A stretch of 39,272 nt of DNA, from NCBI GenBank assembly GCA_964527955.1, contig CAZGOX010000002.1:1-39272 (forward strand), given 5' to 3'. Shown in pieces: positions 11,670 to 20,174 of this stretch (within the stretch, counting starts at the first letter, position 1; every line of letters begins with the position of its first letter). Source of the stretch: an uncultured Opitutaceae bacterium (GTDB taxonomy: Bacteria; Verrucomicrobiota; Verrucomicrobiia; Opitutales; Opitutaceae). A program made the position numbers and the translations under genes. The notes under the pieces were generated by a model, which ran no database searches, had not been told where the DNA came from, and saw only the letters and a program-made list of their open reading frames with translations.

Positions 11670-12219
11670 CCTTCAGGAGCACAGCGCGGTAGAGGTTCAT
11701 GGAGATCAGGAAGAGGCCGAAGGCAAGGATCTGCCCGCCAACCACCGCCCAGCCCACCTGACCACCCAGCAGCAGGAAATGGTGGGAGGTCAGGTAGATC
11801 GCCGGATCGTAGACCAGAAATCCCAGGACGATCGCCCCGGGCGTGAAGTAGCCGATATCGCTGGCCAGGCCCCGCGCATGGAAGCTCTTCGCCCGCACCT
11901 GGTCCCAGATCCGCGCCCCCAGCCAGAAAAGGGTGCCCCCGAGCAAAGTCCCGACCACCGCCGAAGCCGAGATGACACCGGCCCGATGCGTATAATGAGA
12001 CACCGCCACCGCCCCGAAATTCGCGACCAGCAGTGCGCCGCACTCCCCCAGAAGAAGCTCCTTGTTGAAGTTGAGGGTGGATTGGTGCACGCAAGTCGCC
12101 ACGCGCAGCAGCGCATCGCCAACGAATGCAGCCCGGCCAACCGCCTCACGGCAAGTGCGCAACCAAGCAATCAAGCGCCAGCACCGCCTCCGGACCGGAG
12201 TGCCCGCGACCACGATCAT
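11650..12219 (-). CDS. Hypothetical membrane protein (about 4 predicted TM segments)
   Basis: Track ORF with hydrophobic stretches (GALLVANFGAVAV, VVGTLLGGTLFWLG, GAIVLGFLVY, VVGGQILAFGLFLISM). The first ~40 codons have poorer GC3, so the true start may be internal. 3' end overlaps the GT gene by 20 nt (convergent). Confidence 0.5.
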   Translation of the reverse strand: MIVVAGTPVRRRCWRLIAWLRTCREAVGRAAFVGDALLRVATCVHQSTLNFNKELLLGECGALLVANFGAVAVSHYTHRAGVISASAVVGTLLGGTLFWLGARIWDQVRAKSFHARGLASDIGYFTPGAIVLGFLVYDPAIYLTSHHFLLLGGQVGWAVVGGQILAFGLFLISMNLYRAVLLKVRGKRL

Positions 12220-12258
12220 GAAAGGGACAGGCTCGCGATCATGAAAGGGACAGGCTCG
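12213..12258. repeat. Perfect tandem duplication of a 23-bp unit CGATCATGAAAGGGACAGGCTCG (12213-12235, 12236-12258)
   Basis: Read directly from the sequence. The first copy contains the ATG (minus strand) of ORF 11650..12219. The AGGGACAGG core is the reverse complement of CCTGTCCCT at 13412-13420. Confidence 0.9.
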
Positions 12259-12312
12259 TAAAGAATAGCCAGCCGGCGGATACCTGGTCGTTGATGCATT
12301 TCGCCTAAGTCG

Positions 12313-12328
12313 GCGACGAAAGCGTCGC
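12313..12328. other. Small perfect hairpin GCGACG-aaag-CGTCGC
   Basis: 6-bp GC-rich stem with a 4-nt loop, seen directly, 62 nt downstream of the transposase stop. No U-tract on either strand, so function (terminator vs REP-like hairpin) is undetermined. Confidence 0.3.
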
Positions 12329-12389
12329 TTCCATGACAGCGAAAGGAAAGCCTAGTGGGCCGCCCGGTATTTCTGCTGACGGTCCCTAT

Positions 12390-13376
12390 TTAGCCCACGA
12401 CTGGCTGGCGCACCCTGCGCAATACGGCCAAATCTCCCCAGTCGGCTATCGCCGGGAGCGCTCGCGGGCCTGTTCGTTCCCTCCTGCCTGTCCTGATTCG
12501 ATAGGCCGCTAACTGCGTTTCGACATACGCCCTGCTTCCGAGCACCGCGCCATTTGTAAAATAGCGGACCCGGCAGCGCAGAACATCGGCCAAGGCAAGT
12601 TTTCCTCCCGCGATCATGACCTGATTGAAGGCTTCGAGCGATATGCCTCGGCCCTTTTCCCGCGGCGCTGCCCCGGTTCCGAACAAGATCCTGCGGTAAT
12701 CCGCCTGGGCCTGCTCCCAGGCTGTGCCGCCGAAGATCGAGCTGATTCCCTCCCTGGCGACCTTACTGCCTGCCACGGCTTCCGCGTACCCGCCAAAACG
12801 GTAGTCCTTGGGATCGTAGGCCAGACCCGCCCTCACGCTGTTCAGGTCGATGTAGGCCGCCATCGTTCGGAGAACTTCCCCCTTACCTTCAACGAGAACA
12901 CTCTTGAATCGTTCGGACCAGAGTGTCCCAAAGCGATTGTAGCTCTTGTTGAACCAGATCGAGAAGCGCTGCTTCAGGAGCTTCATGTACTGCGAAACAT
13001 CACCCATCAGGGCTAACATTTGCCGGCGCCATGCTGTGGCCTCGGGCCCGTTCTCGGCCAACTGCGCTGCAATGACTTCTAGTCGTGCGGCCTGATAGCG
13101 AGTTGGCTGAGAATGCAGCAGCCGATAGCGCCGCAGCAGCTCCGTGTCTGAAATTTCGGTTTTCCGCGGCACGCACACCAGGACGTGAAAATGATTGGAG
13201 AGAATTTGGTAGGTCACGACCCGCAGTCCGCAGAACTCGGCAACCAACCATAGCTGCTTGCGCAGCACTTCCTTCGCGATGTCCGTGAACATCCGTTCGC
13301 CGTTCACGGTTCGCGATGTGCAGTGATAGGAAGCTTCGCCCAGTTCTGGAGCTACTTTGATTCGGGGTGTTCGCAC
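12390..13376 (-). CDS. IS200/IS605-like Y1 (HUH) transposase, long RAYT-like form (328 aa)
   Basis: [27 protein letters not shown] motif [12 protein letters not shown] and catalytic-Tyr helix [13 protein letters not shown], plus a long C-terminal extension ending [16 protein letters not shown]. Visibly lower GC than its flanks. Confidence 0.85.
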   Translation of the reverse strand: MRTPRIKVAPELGEASYHCTSRTVNGERMFTDIAKEVLRKQLWLVAEFCGLRVVTYQILSNHFHVLVCVPRKTEISDTELLRRYRLLHSQPTRYQAARLEVIAAQLAENGPEATAWRRQMLALMGDVSQYMKLLKQRFSIWFNKSYNRFGTLWSERFKSVLVEGKGEVLRTMAAYIDLNSVRAGLAYDPKDYRFGGYAEAVAGSKVAREGISSIFGGTAWEQAQADYRRILFGTGAAPREKGRGISLEAFNQVMIAGGKLALADVLRCRVRYFTNGAVLGSRAYVETQLAAYRIRTGRRERTGPRALPAIADWGDLAVLRRVRQPVVG

Positions 13377-13413
13377 GCTCCCATCATAGCAAGCAGCGCA
13401 TCCGTACTGAACC

Positions 13414-13444
13414 TGTCCCTACTGCAGGGTTGTCCCTACTGCAG
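13414..13444. repeat. Two tandem copies of TGTCCCTACTGCAG (13414-13427, 13431-13444; 17-bp period)
   Basis: Read directly. Each copy can fold as CCCT-actgc-AGGG (4-bp stem). Located 38 nt upstream of the transposase start. Confidence 0.85.
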
Positions 13445-13595
13445 AATGAGAGGCTGGGTTTGGGTCTTGCCTCCGGCTCCCGTCTGGCCGCGGAGGGATG
13501 AACCGGAGACGGCGGCCTTGGTCGCCGCACCGGAGGGCTTCCGGCTGGGTGGCGCCTCAGTCGGACCTGCGTGCGGACTGGCTATAGTGGAGTGG

Positions 13596-15128
13596 ATGCT
13601 TGCTACCCTGACTTCGGCCACGCTGCACGGAATCGCTGCCGAACGGGTTGAGGTGGAGGTGAATGCCAATCAGGCGGGCGAGCCGCGCCTGATCCTGGTC
13701 GGATTGCCCGATGCCGCGGTGAAGGAATCGGAGGATCGGGTCTGCTCCGCGCTGTCGAACTCCGGATTTGCGGCCCCGCGCACCCGCACGACCATCAACC
13801 TCGCGCCGGGGGATCTTCGCAAGCAGGGGCCCCTGTATGACCTGCCGATCGCCCTGGCGATACTGGTCGCCACCGGGCAACTGAAGGCGGACTCACTGGA
13901 AGACTGCATGGTTGCGGGCGAACTCAGCCTCGCGGGCGGCACCCGGCCGATCTGCGGGGGACTCGCTATCGCCCGCCTGGCTCTCCGTCTGGGCAAAAGG
14001 CGATTGCTCCTGCCTCCCGGGTCGGCCGAGGAAGCCGCGCTGGTGCAGGGGTTGCCGGTCTACCGCATCGAGTCGCTCGACGAGGCTCGGCGCTTTCTCG
14101 CCGGCGAATGTTCACTGACCCCGGTGGCGGTCCCGCGCGGGAGGACGCCGGCATCCGAGCCTGGACCCGACTTCGCCGACATCAAGGGCCAGGCGGCGCT
14201 TCGCCGGGCCGTCGAGGTCGCGGTGAGCGGCAATCACAACCTCCTTATCATTGGCCCTCCCGGTTCGGGAAAATCGATGCTGGCGCAGCGCATTCCCGGC
14301 ATCATCCCGCCGCTGGGACATGAGGAGCACCTCGACGTCCTAGGCATCCATTCGGCCGCCGGACGAAATCTTCTGCGGGATGGCGTCGCGGCTGGACGCG
14401 CTCCGTTTCGGGCGCCGCACCATTCGGCGTCGGACATTGCGCTCCTCGGAGGCGGCGCCATTCCCGGCCCGGGCGAGATTTCATTGGCGCATCATGGCGT
14501 CCTCTTTCTCGACGAGCTGCCCGAATTCAGGCGCTCGGTGCTCGAGGTCCTGCGCCAGCCGCTGGAGGACGGGCAGGTCACGATCTCCCGGGCCGCGGCG
14601 AAGGTGACGATGCCCTGCGCCTTCATGCTGGTCGCGGCCATGAACCCCTGCCCCTGCGGGCACCTGGCGGACCGCAATCAGCCGTGCCGCTGCACTCCCT
14701 CCCAGATTCAGCGCTACCGGGCGAAGGTAAGCGGGCCGCTCCTCGACCGGATCGACCTGCACATCGAGGCTCCCGCCCTCTCCTTCGCCGAATTGCGCTC
14801 GCCGCAGACTGGCGAGCCGTCGGCGCCCATCCGCCGGCGGGTCGAGGCCGCCCGCGATCGCCAGCGCGCGCGCTTTGCCGGCGCCCGCCTGCCGGTCAAC
14901 GCCCGGATGACCCATGCGCAAATCCGCGAGCATTGCGCCGTCGACCGGGCCATGGGCGACCTGCTGCAGCAGGCCATGGAACGGCTTTCCCTTTCGGCGC
15001 GCGCCTACGACCGGATCCTCAAGGTCTCGCGGACGATCGCCGACCTGGCGGGCACCGAGAAAATCGAGCCCCCTCACCTCCTTGAGGCGATCCAATACCG
15101 GAGTCTGGACCGGAACCTGTTCCCCTGA
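13596..15128 (+). CDS. comM: Mg-chelatase-like AAA+ protein ComM/YifB
   Basis: The internal ATG at 13596 gives [22 protein letters not shown]...[18 protein letters not shown]...[24 protein letters not shown]. Walker [14 protein letters not shown], Walker [12 protein letters not shown], Cys cluster MNPCPCGH...CRC, and C-terminal [18 protein letters not shown]. Confidence 0.93.
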   Translation: MLATLTSATLHGIAAERVEVEVNANQAGEPRLILVGLPDAAVKESEDRVCSALSNSGFAAPRTRTTINLAPGDLRKQGPLYDLPIALAILVATGQLKADSLEDCMVAGELSLAGGTRPICGGLAIARLALRLGKRRLLLPPGSAEEAALVQGLPVYRIESLDEARRFLAGECSLTPVAVPRGRTPASEPGPDFADIKGQAALRRAVEVAVSGNHNLLIIGPPGSGKSMLAQRIPGIIPPLGHEEHLDVLGIHSAAGRNLLRDGVAAGRAPFRAPHHSASDIALLGGGAIPGPGEISLAHHGVLFLDELPEFRRSVLEVLRQPLEDGQVTISRAAAKVTMPCAFMLVAAMNPCPCGHLADRNQPCRCTPSQIQRYRAKVSGPLLDRIDLHIEAPALSFAELRSPQTGEPSAPIRRRVEAARDRQRARFAGARLPVNARMTHAQIREHCAVDRAMGDLLQQAMERLSLSARAYDRILKVSRTIADLAGTEKIEPPHLLEAIQYRSLDRNLFP

Positions 15129-15270
15129 CTGCCCAACGAGGAAATCCTCCGGAAGTACCCCTGCCCGCCCGGGCACCCCGACCCCTTCCAGAATATCCGC
15201 TCCCGGACGGAATGAGCCTTCCCGGGGCCCAATTCAGCCCCAAAATCCGCCTTCGCGGGCAAATCGCTGC

Positions 15271-15276
15271 TACAAT
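15271..15276 (+). promoter_or_regulatory. Candidate -10 hexamer TACAAT upstream of the receiver gene
   Basis: TACAAT lies 22 nt upstream of ATG 15299. No convincing -35. Promoter consensus for this lineage is not known to me. Confidence 0.25.
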
Positions 15277-15298
15277 CCGACCAAGCGACGCGCACGCC

Positions 15299-15820
15299 AT
15301 GGATCCCCTGCCCCCCCCTCCGTCGGTCCTGATCGTCGACGATGATACCATGGTCCTGGCCACCCTGCAGGTCACCCTGGCCACCGAGCCCTATGAGGTC
15401 ATTGTCAGTTCCAGCCCGATCCACGCGCTGACCCTGCTGCCGACCCGGGATTTCGCCGTTATCATCTCGGACCAGAGGATGCCGAAGATGATGGGACTCG
15501 ACTTCCTGGTCGAATGCCGGCGGCTCCGCCCCCGGGCCTCGCGGATCCTGCTCACGGCCGTCCTCGACCTGACCACGGCCATGGATGCGATCAACCGCGG
15601 CCAGATCTGCCGATTTATCGCCAAGCCCTGGCTGAGCGCCGAGCTGATCTCCGCAATTCGCGACGCCATCCAGCGACATGCCCTGGCGACCCATCACGCG
15701 GAGCTGGAAGCGGAGACCGTACGGCTCAACGAACAGCTGGCCCTGGCCAAACGGGAGCTCGCGATCGGCCGGGAGGAGCTGGAGCGCCAGCGCGCCCTGC
15801 AGGCGGCTGCCGGCCGCTGA
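15299..15820 (+). CDS. Stand-alone response-regulator receiver protein with C-terminal coiled coil
   Basis: The internal ATG at 15299 gives VLIVDDD..., phospho-acceptor context AVIISDQRMPKMMG, LLTA, and FIAKPW. The tail AELEAETVRLNEQLALAKRELAIGREELERQR is coiled-coil-like. No output domain. Confidence 0.85.
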   Translation: MDPLPPPPSVLIVDDDTMVLATLQVTLATEPYEVIVSSSPIHALTLLPTRDFAVIISDQRMPKMMGLDFLVECRRLRPRASRILLTAVLDLTTAMDAINRGQICRFIAKPWLSAELISAIRDAIQRHALATHHAELEAETVRLNEQLALAKRELAIGREELERQRALQAAAGR

Positions 15821-15840
15821 CCCAGCCCGGGAGGCCTGGG
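15821..15840. terminator. GC-rich hairpin between convergent genes (CCCAGCC-cggga-GGCCTGGG, one bulge)
   Basis: Seen directly in the 24-nt gap between the receiver stop (15820) and the ParB-like stop (15845). No U-tract. Confidence 0.25.
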
Positions 15841-15844
15841 CGGC

Positions 15845-16771
15845 CTATTCCCGCCCGAGGAGGTGGGCCTCCAGCCGGGTGTAGCTGAGCTTTCCCGTCG
15901 CGTAGCGATGGACCAGCATCAGCGTCCCCAGCCGGTCCTGCGCGACCGGATTGGGAGCAAAGCGGAGGGCGTCGCCCAACCGCGTCGAAAGGTCGTACAG
16001 GCGCGCCCGCACCCGGTCGATCGGGCGCTCCGGTTCGGCGGCCGGCCGCACGGCCCCCCCGGCGGTTTCCCAGGCAAAGTCCTTCGGGAGGATCTTGTCC
16101 CGATGATGCCGCTCGGCCTCGGCCAGCGCGGCGCATGCCTTCACCACCTGCTGGTCCGCCGGAAAGGTGCGGAGCAGCCGCAGGGCGAGTTTTTGGGAGA
16201 TGCGGCCCTCCCGCACGAATTCGAGCAGGCGCGGGTCGGCCGAATTCAGGTTCTGGGCATTCGCGATGTGGGTCCGCGAAAAGCCCGTCCGCAGTGCCAG
16301 CTGCTCCCGAGTGCCACCCCCCAGGCGGCTCAGGCGGGAGAGGAAAATCATGCGCTCGAGCAGCGTGAAGGGCTTGCCGGAGTTGTAGGTCAGCTGGGAG
16401 GCGAACAGGTCGGCCTCTCCTGCCATCGGGTCAACCAGCCAGCAGACGATATGCGCCGAATCAAAGTCCCGGTGCAGCGGCCCCGGGGCCTCGCGTAGCG
16501 GCTGGTTGCCCTCGTAGACCACGTGCCGGGCTCCCTCCGCCGCGATCCGCAGGTGCTGGGCGCGGGCGAAGGCCCGGTGGCGCCGGTGCCCGTCCACGAG
16601 GAAGAACTCTTCCCCGTGGCGCCGGACCTTGACCGGCTCGAGCTGGCCCTCGGTCATGAGCCGGATCGCCAGGCCGTCGATGTCGCCGTAGAAGATCCGG
16701 AGATTGAAGTTCCGATCCTCGAGGACCCGCTCGAGCGGAAGGATGAAGGGGGCGGAACCTTCTCTGCGCAT
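15845..16771 (-). CDS. ParB/Srx-fold N-terminal domain + HTH protein (orphan ParB-like, no ParA nearby)
   Basis: ParB box pattern LEPVKVRRHGEEFFLVDGHRRHRAFARA (GxRRxRA, the ParB CTP-pocket motif), followed by a ParB-type HTH REQLALRTGFSRTHIANAQNLNSADPRLLEFVREGRIS. The C-terminal ~110 aa are unique. Confidence 0.75.
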   Translation of the reverse strand: MRREGSAPFILPLERVLEDRNFNLRIFYGDIDGLAIRLMTEGQLEPVKVRRHGEEFFLVDGHRRHRAFARAQHLRIAAEGARHVVYEGNQPLREAPGPLHRDFDSAHIVCWLVDPMAGEADLFASQLTYNSGKPFTLLERMIFLSRLSRLGGGTREQLALRTGFSRTHIANAQNLNSADPRLLEFVREGRISQKLALRLLRTFPADQQVVKACAALAEAERHHRDKILPKDFAWETAGGAVRPAAEPERPIDRVRARLYDLSTRLGDALRFAPNPVAQDRLGTLMLVHRYATGKLSYTRLEAHLLGRE

Positions 16772-16800
16772 GTCCGGAGGGATCAGGCGCCGGGCGTCGT

Positions 16801-18108
16801 TCAGACCGCGCAGGCCAGGGCCGGCGCTTCCGCGGAAAAGGAGGCGGCGGACGGTTCGACCGACCCGATCAGGCAGATGCGCGCCGGCTCGTCGACCGTC
16901 TTGACCGCCGCCGCGGCCGACGCCCGGCCTCGCGCCAGGGACAGGGCGGCCTCGTCGCGGAACAAACGGGCCGCCAGTTCGGCGGCGTCGCCGATATCGT
17001 TGCGCATCGCGATGACAAATTGCTTCAGCAGGTCCAGCTCCAGCACCCGGGCGTGCAGGATCCGGGCTATATCGTCCTGCTCAGCCGCCTCGCGCGGCCG
17101 CAGGGCCGCCGGGTCCGCGACCACGTCCTGCAGCCGCATTTCCTCGTCGCCGAAGCCCGGCAGCGGATCCTCCATCGACTGGACCTGCGGGATCAGGCTG
17201 ATGGAATCGCCCGATCCGTCAGTGGCACCCTCCGGGAGCTGCCGCTGGCGCCGGGCCTTTTCCTGCAGGCCGATCGGGATCCGGATCACGTAGCGGGTCT
17301 TGGCCACAAAGCGGTCGATCGCCATCTTGACCCAGGGCATCGCATAGGTGCTGAACTGGCCGACCGTTGGGTCATAGCGGCCCGCCGCGATCATCAGCCC
17401 GTCGGTGCCGGCGGTGAACAGGTCGTCCAAGACGACGCTGGTCTGGTAGCGGCCGCGCTGGCAGGCGATCTTGGCCGCCAGGAGGAGATTGCCGGTGAGG
17501 ATCTCGTCGCGCAGCCCGCGCGCGGCCGTCAGCGCGGTCGTCAACTCGTTCCGCAGGGCCTCCGTGCAGGCCCGGGCCGGCAGGGCGCGCAGCGCCACCT
17601 GCTCGATGATCTCGAAGGTGAAACCGATGAGAAAGCCGGCCTCCCAGTCGGCGGCCTGGGCCGCCGTCAGGCGCCCCTCGCGCCGGTCGGCTTGGCGCGC
17701 CTCATATTCCTCAACGTGGCTTCGGGCCAGGCCGGCGAAGCGATGCGAGGCCTTTTTGCCCGAGTGCCGCTTGCGGTCCTCGTCGGAGCCCTCGCGGAAA
17801 TACTCGATGTGCCCCGCCTTCAGTTCCTGGACGAGGCGCTCGAGCGGATAGGCCAGCGCGGCCAACTGGACGCAGACCGCCGACTGGGCCTCGGTGAACG
17901 CCGCCGCGAGTTCCCGCGTGCGCGTCGAGGGCAGCGCGGGATGCTGGCGCAGGAGCAGTTTCATTCCTTCGCTGAATTCGCAGTTGGACATGGGGGGTAT
18001 CTCCGATGATCCCGTCAGGCTCCGCACCGGTGTTCGCCGGAGATCCGGCGAAGGCGGCGAGAAGCGCGATGGGAGGTTGAACCTGATGTGGTCAGTTGCA
18101 TTGGACAC
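16801..18108 (-). CDS. Atypical sigma-70-family protein with ~215-aa N-terminal extension
   Basis: Region 2 is clear: LRDEILTGNLLLAAKIACQ...LDDLFTAGTDGLMIAAGRYDPTVGQFSTYAMPWVKMAIDRFVAKTRYVIRIP. A weak region-4-like segment is LELDLLKQFVIAMRNDIGDAAELAARL...SLARGRA. Alternative start at 17991 (M40). Stop is 29 nt upstream of the ParB-like start. Confidence 0.65.
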   Translation of the reverse strand: MSNATDHIRFNLPSRFSPPSPDLRRTPVRSLTGSSEIPPMSNCEFSEGMKLLLRQHPALPSTRTRELAAAFTEAQSAVCVQLAALAYPLERLVQELKAGHIEYFREGSDEDRKRHSGKKASHRFAGLARSHVEEYEARQADRREGRLTAAQAADWEAGFLIGFTFEIIEQVALRALPARACTEALRNELTTALTAARGLRDEILTGNLLLAAKIACQRGRYQTSVVLDDLFTAGTDGLMIAAGRYDPTVGQFSTYAMPWVKMAIDRFVAKTRYVIRIPIGLQEKARRQRQLPEGATDGSGDSISLIPQVQSMEDPLPGFGDEEMRLQDVVADPAALRPREAAEQDDIARILHARVLELDLLKQFVIAMRNDIGDAAELAARLFRDEAALSLARGRASAAAAVKTVDEPARICLIGSVEPSAASFSAEAPALACAV

Positions 18109-18264
18109 ACCACGAACATCCCAATGTCCTGCATTGTGAATTTTTTCCCGTTCAATTCTTGTTCAAGCAGGCCTAGGTAGAACTACCCAGGGGGTTTTCC
18201 CGGTTCCTTGCCCGGGGCCCCGCCCTTCCTGCCCCGGACCTTCGTCCGGAACCGGTTTCCTCCC

Positions 18265-18984
18265 TCAGCCTCCGGTGGGAATCCGGACCCGGAAGCATGC
18301 GCCCGGCGCACCGGGCGGCGACACCAGGCTGATCGTCCCGCGCAGCTGCAAGAGCGCGTCGCGGCAGATGGATAGGCCGAAACCGGCGCCCGCTTGGCCT
18401 TCCTTGTCCAGCCGGAGAAAGAGGCTTGAGCGCTTCCCCGGGGGCACGCCCGGGCCGTTGTCGGCAATTTCCACCTGCAGCCAGCCGGCCTCGCCCGCGA
18501 GGCGGACCTCGATCTGGGGATCGGTCACGCCCCGGAGGGCCTCGACGGCGTTCCGCAGCAGGTTGAGAACCGTCACCCGCAGCAGTCGCCGGTCGGTCCG
18601 GATTGTATCGGTGGGGTGACGGAATGATGGCAGGAGGCGGATCCCGGACCGGGCAGCCAGGGGTTCGATCATCCCCACGGCCTCCTGCACCAGTTCCTGG
18701 ATGGAAACCGGTTCCAGCACGGTGCAATCGCACCGCAGCATGTCCAGGCCGATGTTGAAATCCCCGATGAACACGTCGAATTCGTGCAGGAGGCTGGCGC
18801 GATATTCGGCCGACAGGTTTGCCTCCATCCCCGCCTCGAGGAGCTCGAGCGCCGCGCGCAGCGTCGCCAGCCGGCCGCGCGCCTCGTGCCCGATCAGCGA
18901 GGCGACATAGGCGACCGCCGCCAGCCGTTCACGCGCCAGCGCGTCGCCACCTCCGGGCACTTCCAGGGAGGGGGAGCCGCTCAT
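18265..18984 (-). CDS. Small cytoplasmic histidine kinase (DHp + HATPase_c only, no sensor or TM region)
   Basis: H-box SLIGHEARGRLATL, N-box VLNLLRNAVEAL, G1 IADNGPGV and G2 GAGFGLSI. 239 aa. Start ATG overlaps the upstream stop (ATGA). Confidence 0.85.
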   Translation of the reverse strand: MSGSPSLEVPGGGDALARERLAAVAYVASLIGHEARGRLATLRAALELLEAGMEANLSAEYRASLLHEFDVFIGDFNIGLDMLRCDCTVLEPVSIQELVQEAVGMIEPLAARSGIRLLPSFRHPTDTIRTDRRLLRVTVLNLLRNAVEALRGVTDPQIEVRLAGEAGWLQVEIADNGPGVPPGKRSSLFLRLDKEGQAGAGFGLSICRDALLQLRGTISLVSPPGAPGACFRVRIPTGG

Positions 18985-20174
18985 AGTGCCACCGGAAATG
19001 CCGTCTCGACCGTGAACACACCGGCGACCGGCCGGGGCAGGAAGACGGCGCCGCGGGCGGCCGAAAGGACGCCGGCGAGGACATGCAGGTTGCCGGTCCG
19101 GCCCTCGTCCAGGCCGAAGGCGAAGGCATCGCGGATCTCGTCCACGGACGCCCCCGACAGGCTGCCGGAGATCCGGAATATCACGTAGGGCCGGTCGCGG
19201 CGGATCGTCTCGCGGTTCAGGACGCAGGCGGCCTGGCCGAGCCGTTCCGTCATCAGGCCGGCCGAATGCACGATAGAGGCGACAAGGGTCGTCTCCGCCC
19301 CGGGCGCTGCCCGCACGAAAAAGTACTCCACCAGGTGGCGCAGCCCGTTCAGGAGCTCAAGCGGGGCGCATTCCACCAGCGTGTCGCTGAGGAGGTCCCG
19401 CAACACCAGGCTCTTCCGGTCCGCAGTCCACCGATCCACGCCGACAAAGAATTGCCGCAGCGCCCCGAGGCACAGGTTGACGGGGGCCCGGGAGGCCGCG
19501 CTGCCGACCCCGAAGGGCCCGTCGAGGAACGCGTTGACCGAATCCACCATCTTGCCGACCAGGCTCGCCGACCGCCGCGCATGCTCCTCGAACTCCGCGT
19601 TGCCGCCGCGCCGGGCGTCCGTGCTGAGGAGCGAACCCAGCGCCGACAGCACGGTCAGCTGGTTGCGCAGCTGGTGGACCAGCCCGCGATGGAGGTCTGC
19701 CGCCGCCAGCCGCAAGTCGTAGCTCCCCAGCGCCTCGGCGAGCTTCTCCTTCGTGACGCCGGCTTCGCGGGCCGCCTGGGTCGTCTCGCGCCGTTCGCGG
19801 GTCTCGCGGATCGCCTGCTCGGTGCTGTGCCGCAGCTCCGCCAGAGTCGTCTTCGACTTAACCGCCCGCTTGATCGCGCGGAGCTCGATCGCCCGGTCCG
19901 CGATCTGGTCGGAGTCGTTCGCCGTGCGGATGATGATCGCGAGGTCCTTGTCAAACTCCCGCAGGGCGCGGAGGAAGGCGATCCCGTCCATCTCCGAGCG
20001 GGCGAGCCGCACGTCGACGATGGCCGCGTCGCACCGGTTCGCGCGCGCATATTTGAGCGCCGGCTCCGGCGTCATGAAATCGACCAGCTTCCCCAGCCCC
20101 GCGAGCTGCGCCTGCAGCGTCAGGATCTGCGAGCGCTCGTCCTCCAGGATCAGGATGATGGGGTCGGGCGTCAT
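18981..20174 (-). CDS. Receiver + DHp protein with degenerate catalytic (CA) domain (pseudo-kinase / phosphorelay-type)
   Basis: The internal ATG at 20174 gives MTPDPIILILEDE..., acceptor AAIVDVRL, IIIRTAN, and H-box LVHQLRNQLTVLSAL. C-terminal region: N-box Asn missing (LLNGLRHLVEYF); G1/G2 degenerate (ISGSLSG, RTGNLHVLAG). ATGA overlap with the upstream OmpR-type gene. The first 214 codons of track ORF 18981..20819 are rejected. Confidence 0.75.
   Translation of the reverse strand: MTPDPIILILEDERSQILTLQAQLAGLGKLVDFMTPEPALKYARANRCDAAIVDVRLARSEMDGIAFLRALREFDKDLAIIIRTANDSDQIADRAIELRAIKRAVKSKTTLAELRHSTEQAIRETRERRETTQAAREAGVTKEKLAEALGSYDLRLAAADLHRGLVHQLRNQLTVLSALGSLLSTDARRGGNAEFEEHARRSASLVGKMVDSVNAFLDGPFGVGSAASRAPVNLCLGALRQFFVGVDRWTADRKSLVLRDLLSDTLVECAPLELLNGLRHLVEYFFVRAAPGAETTLVASIVHSAGLMTERLGQAACVLNRETIRRDRPYVIFRISGSLSGASVDEIRDAFAFGLDEGRTGNLHVLAGVLSAARGAVFLPRPVAGVFTVETAFPVAL

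Larger units (their letters stand above)
12213..13444 (-). mobile_element. Putative RAYT/IS200-like unit: Y1 transposase bracketed by short tandem repeats with an inverted shared core
   Basis: Left: 2 x 23 bp containing AGGGACAGG. Right: 2 x 17-bp period containing TGTCCCTACTGCAG. The cores are inverted relative to each other. A further GTCCCTA lies at 12382-12388, next to the stop codon. Lower-GC segment between the membrane ORF and comM. Confidence 0.5.

Noticed and set aside
18213-18222. Perfect palindrome CGGGGCCCCG downstream of the kinase gene, considered as a terminator
   Set aside because: A loopless 10-bp palindrome with no U-tract is not a credible intrinsic terminator on this evidence. 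The nearby CCGGA-ccttcg-TCCGG hairpin is also weak.
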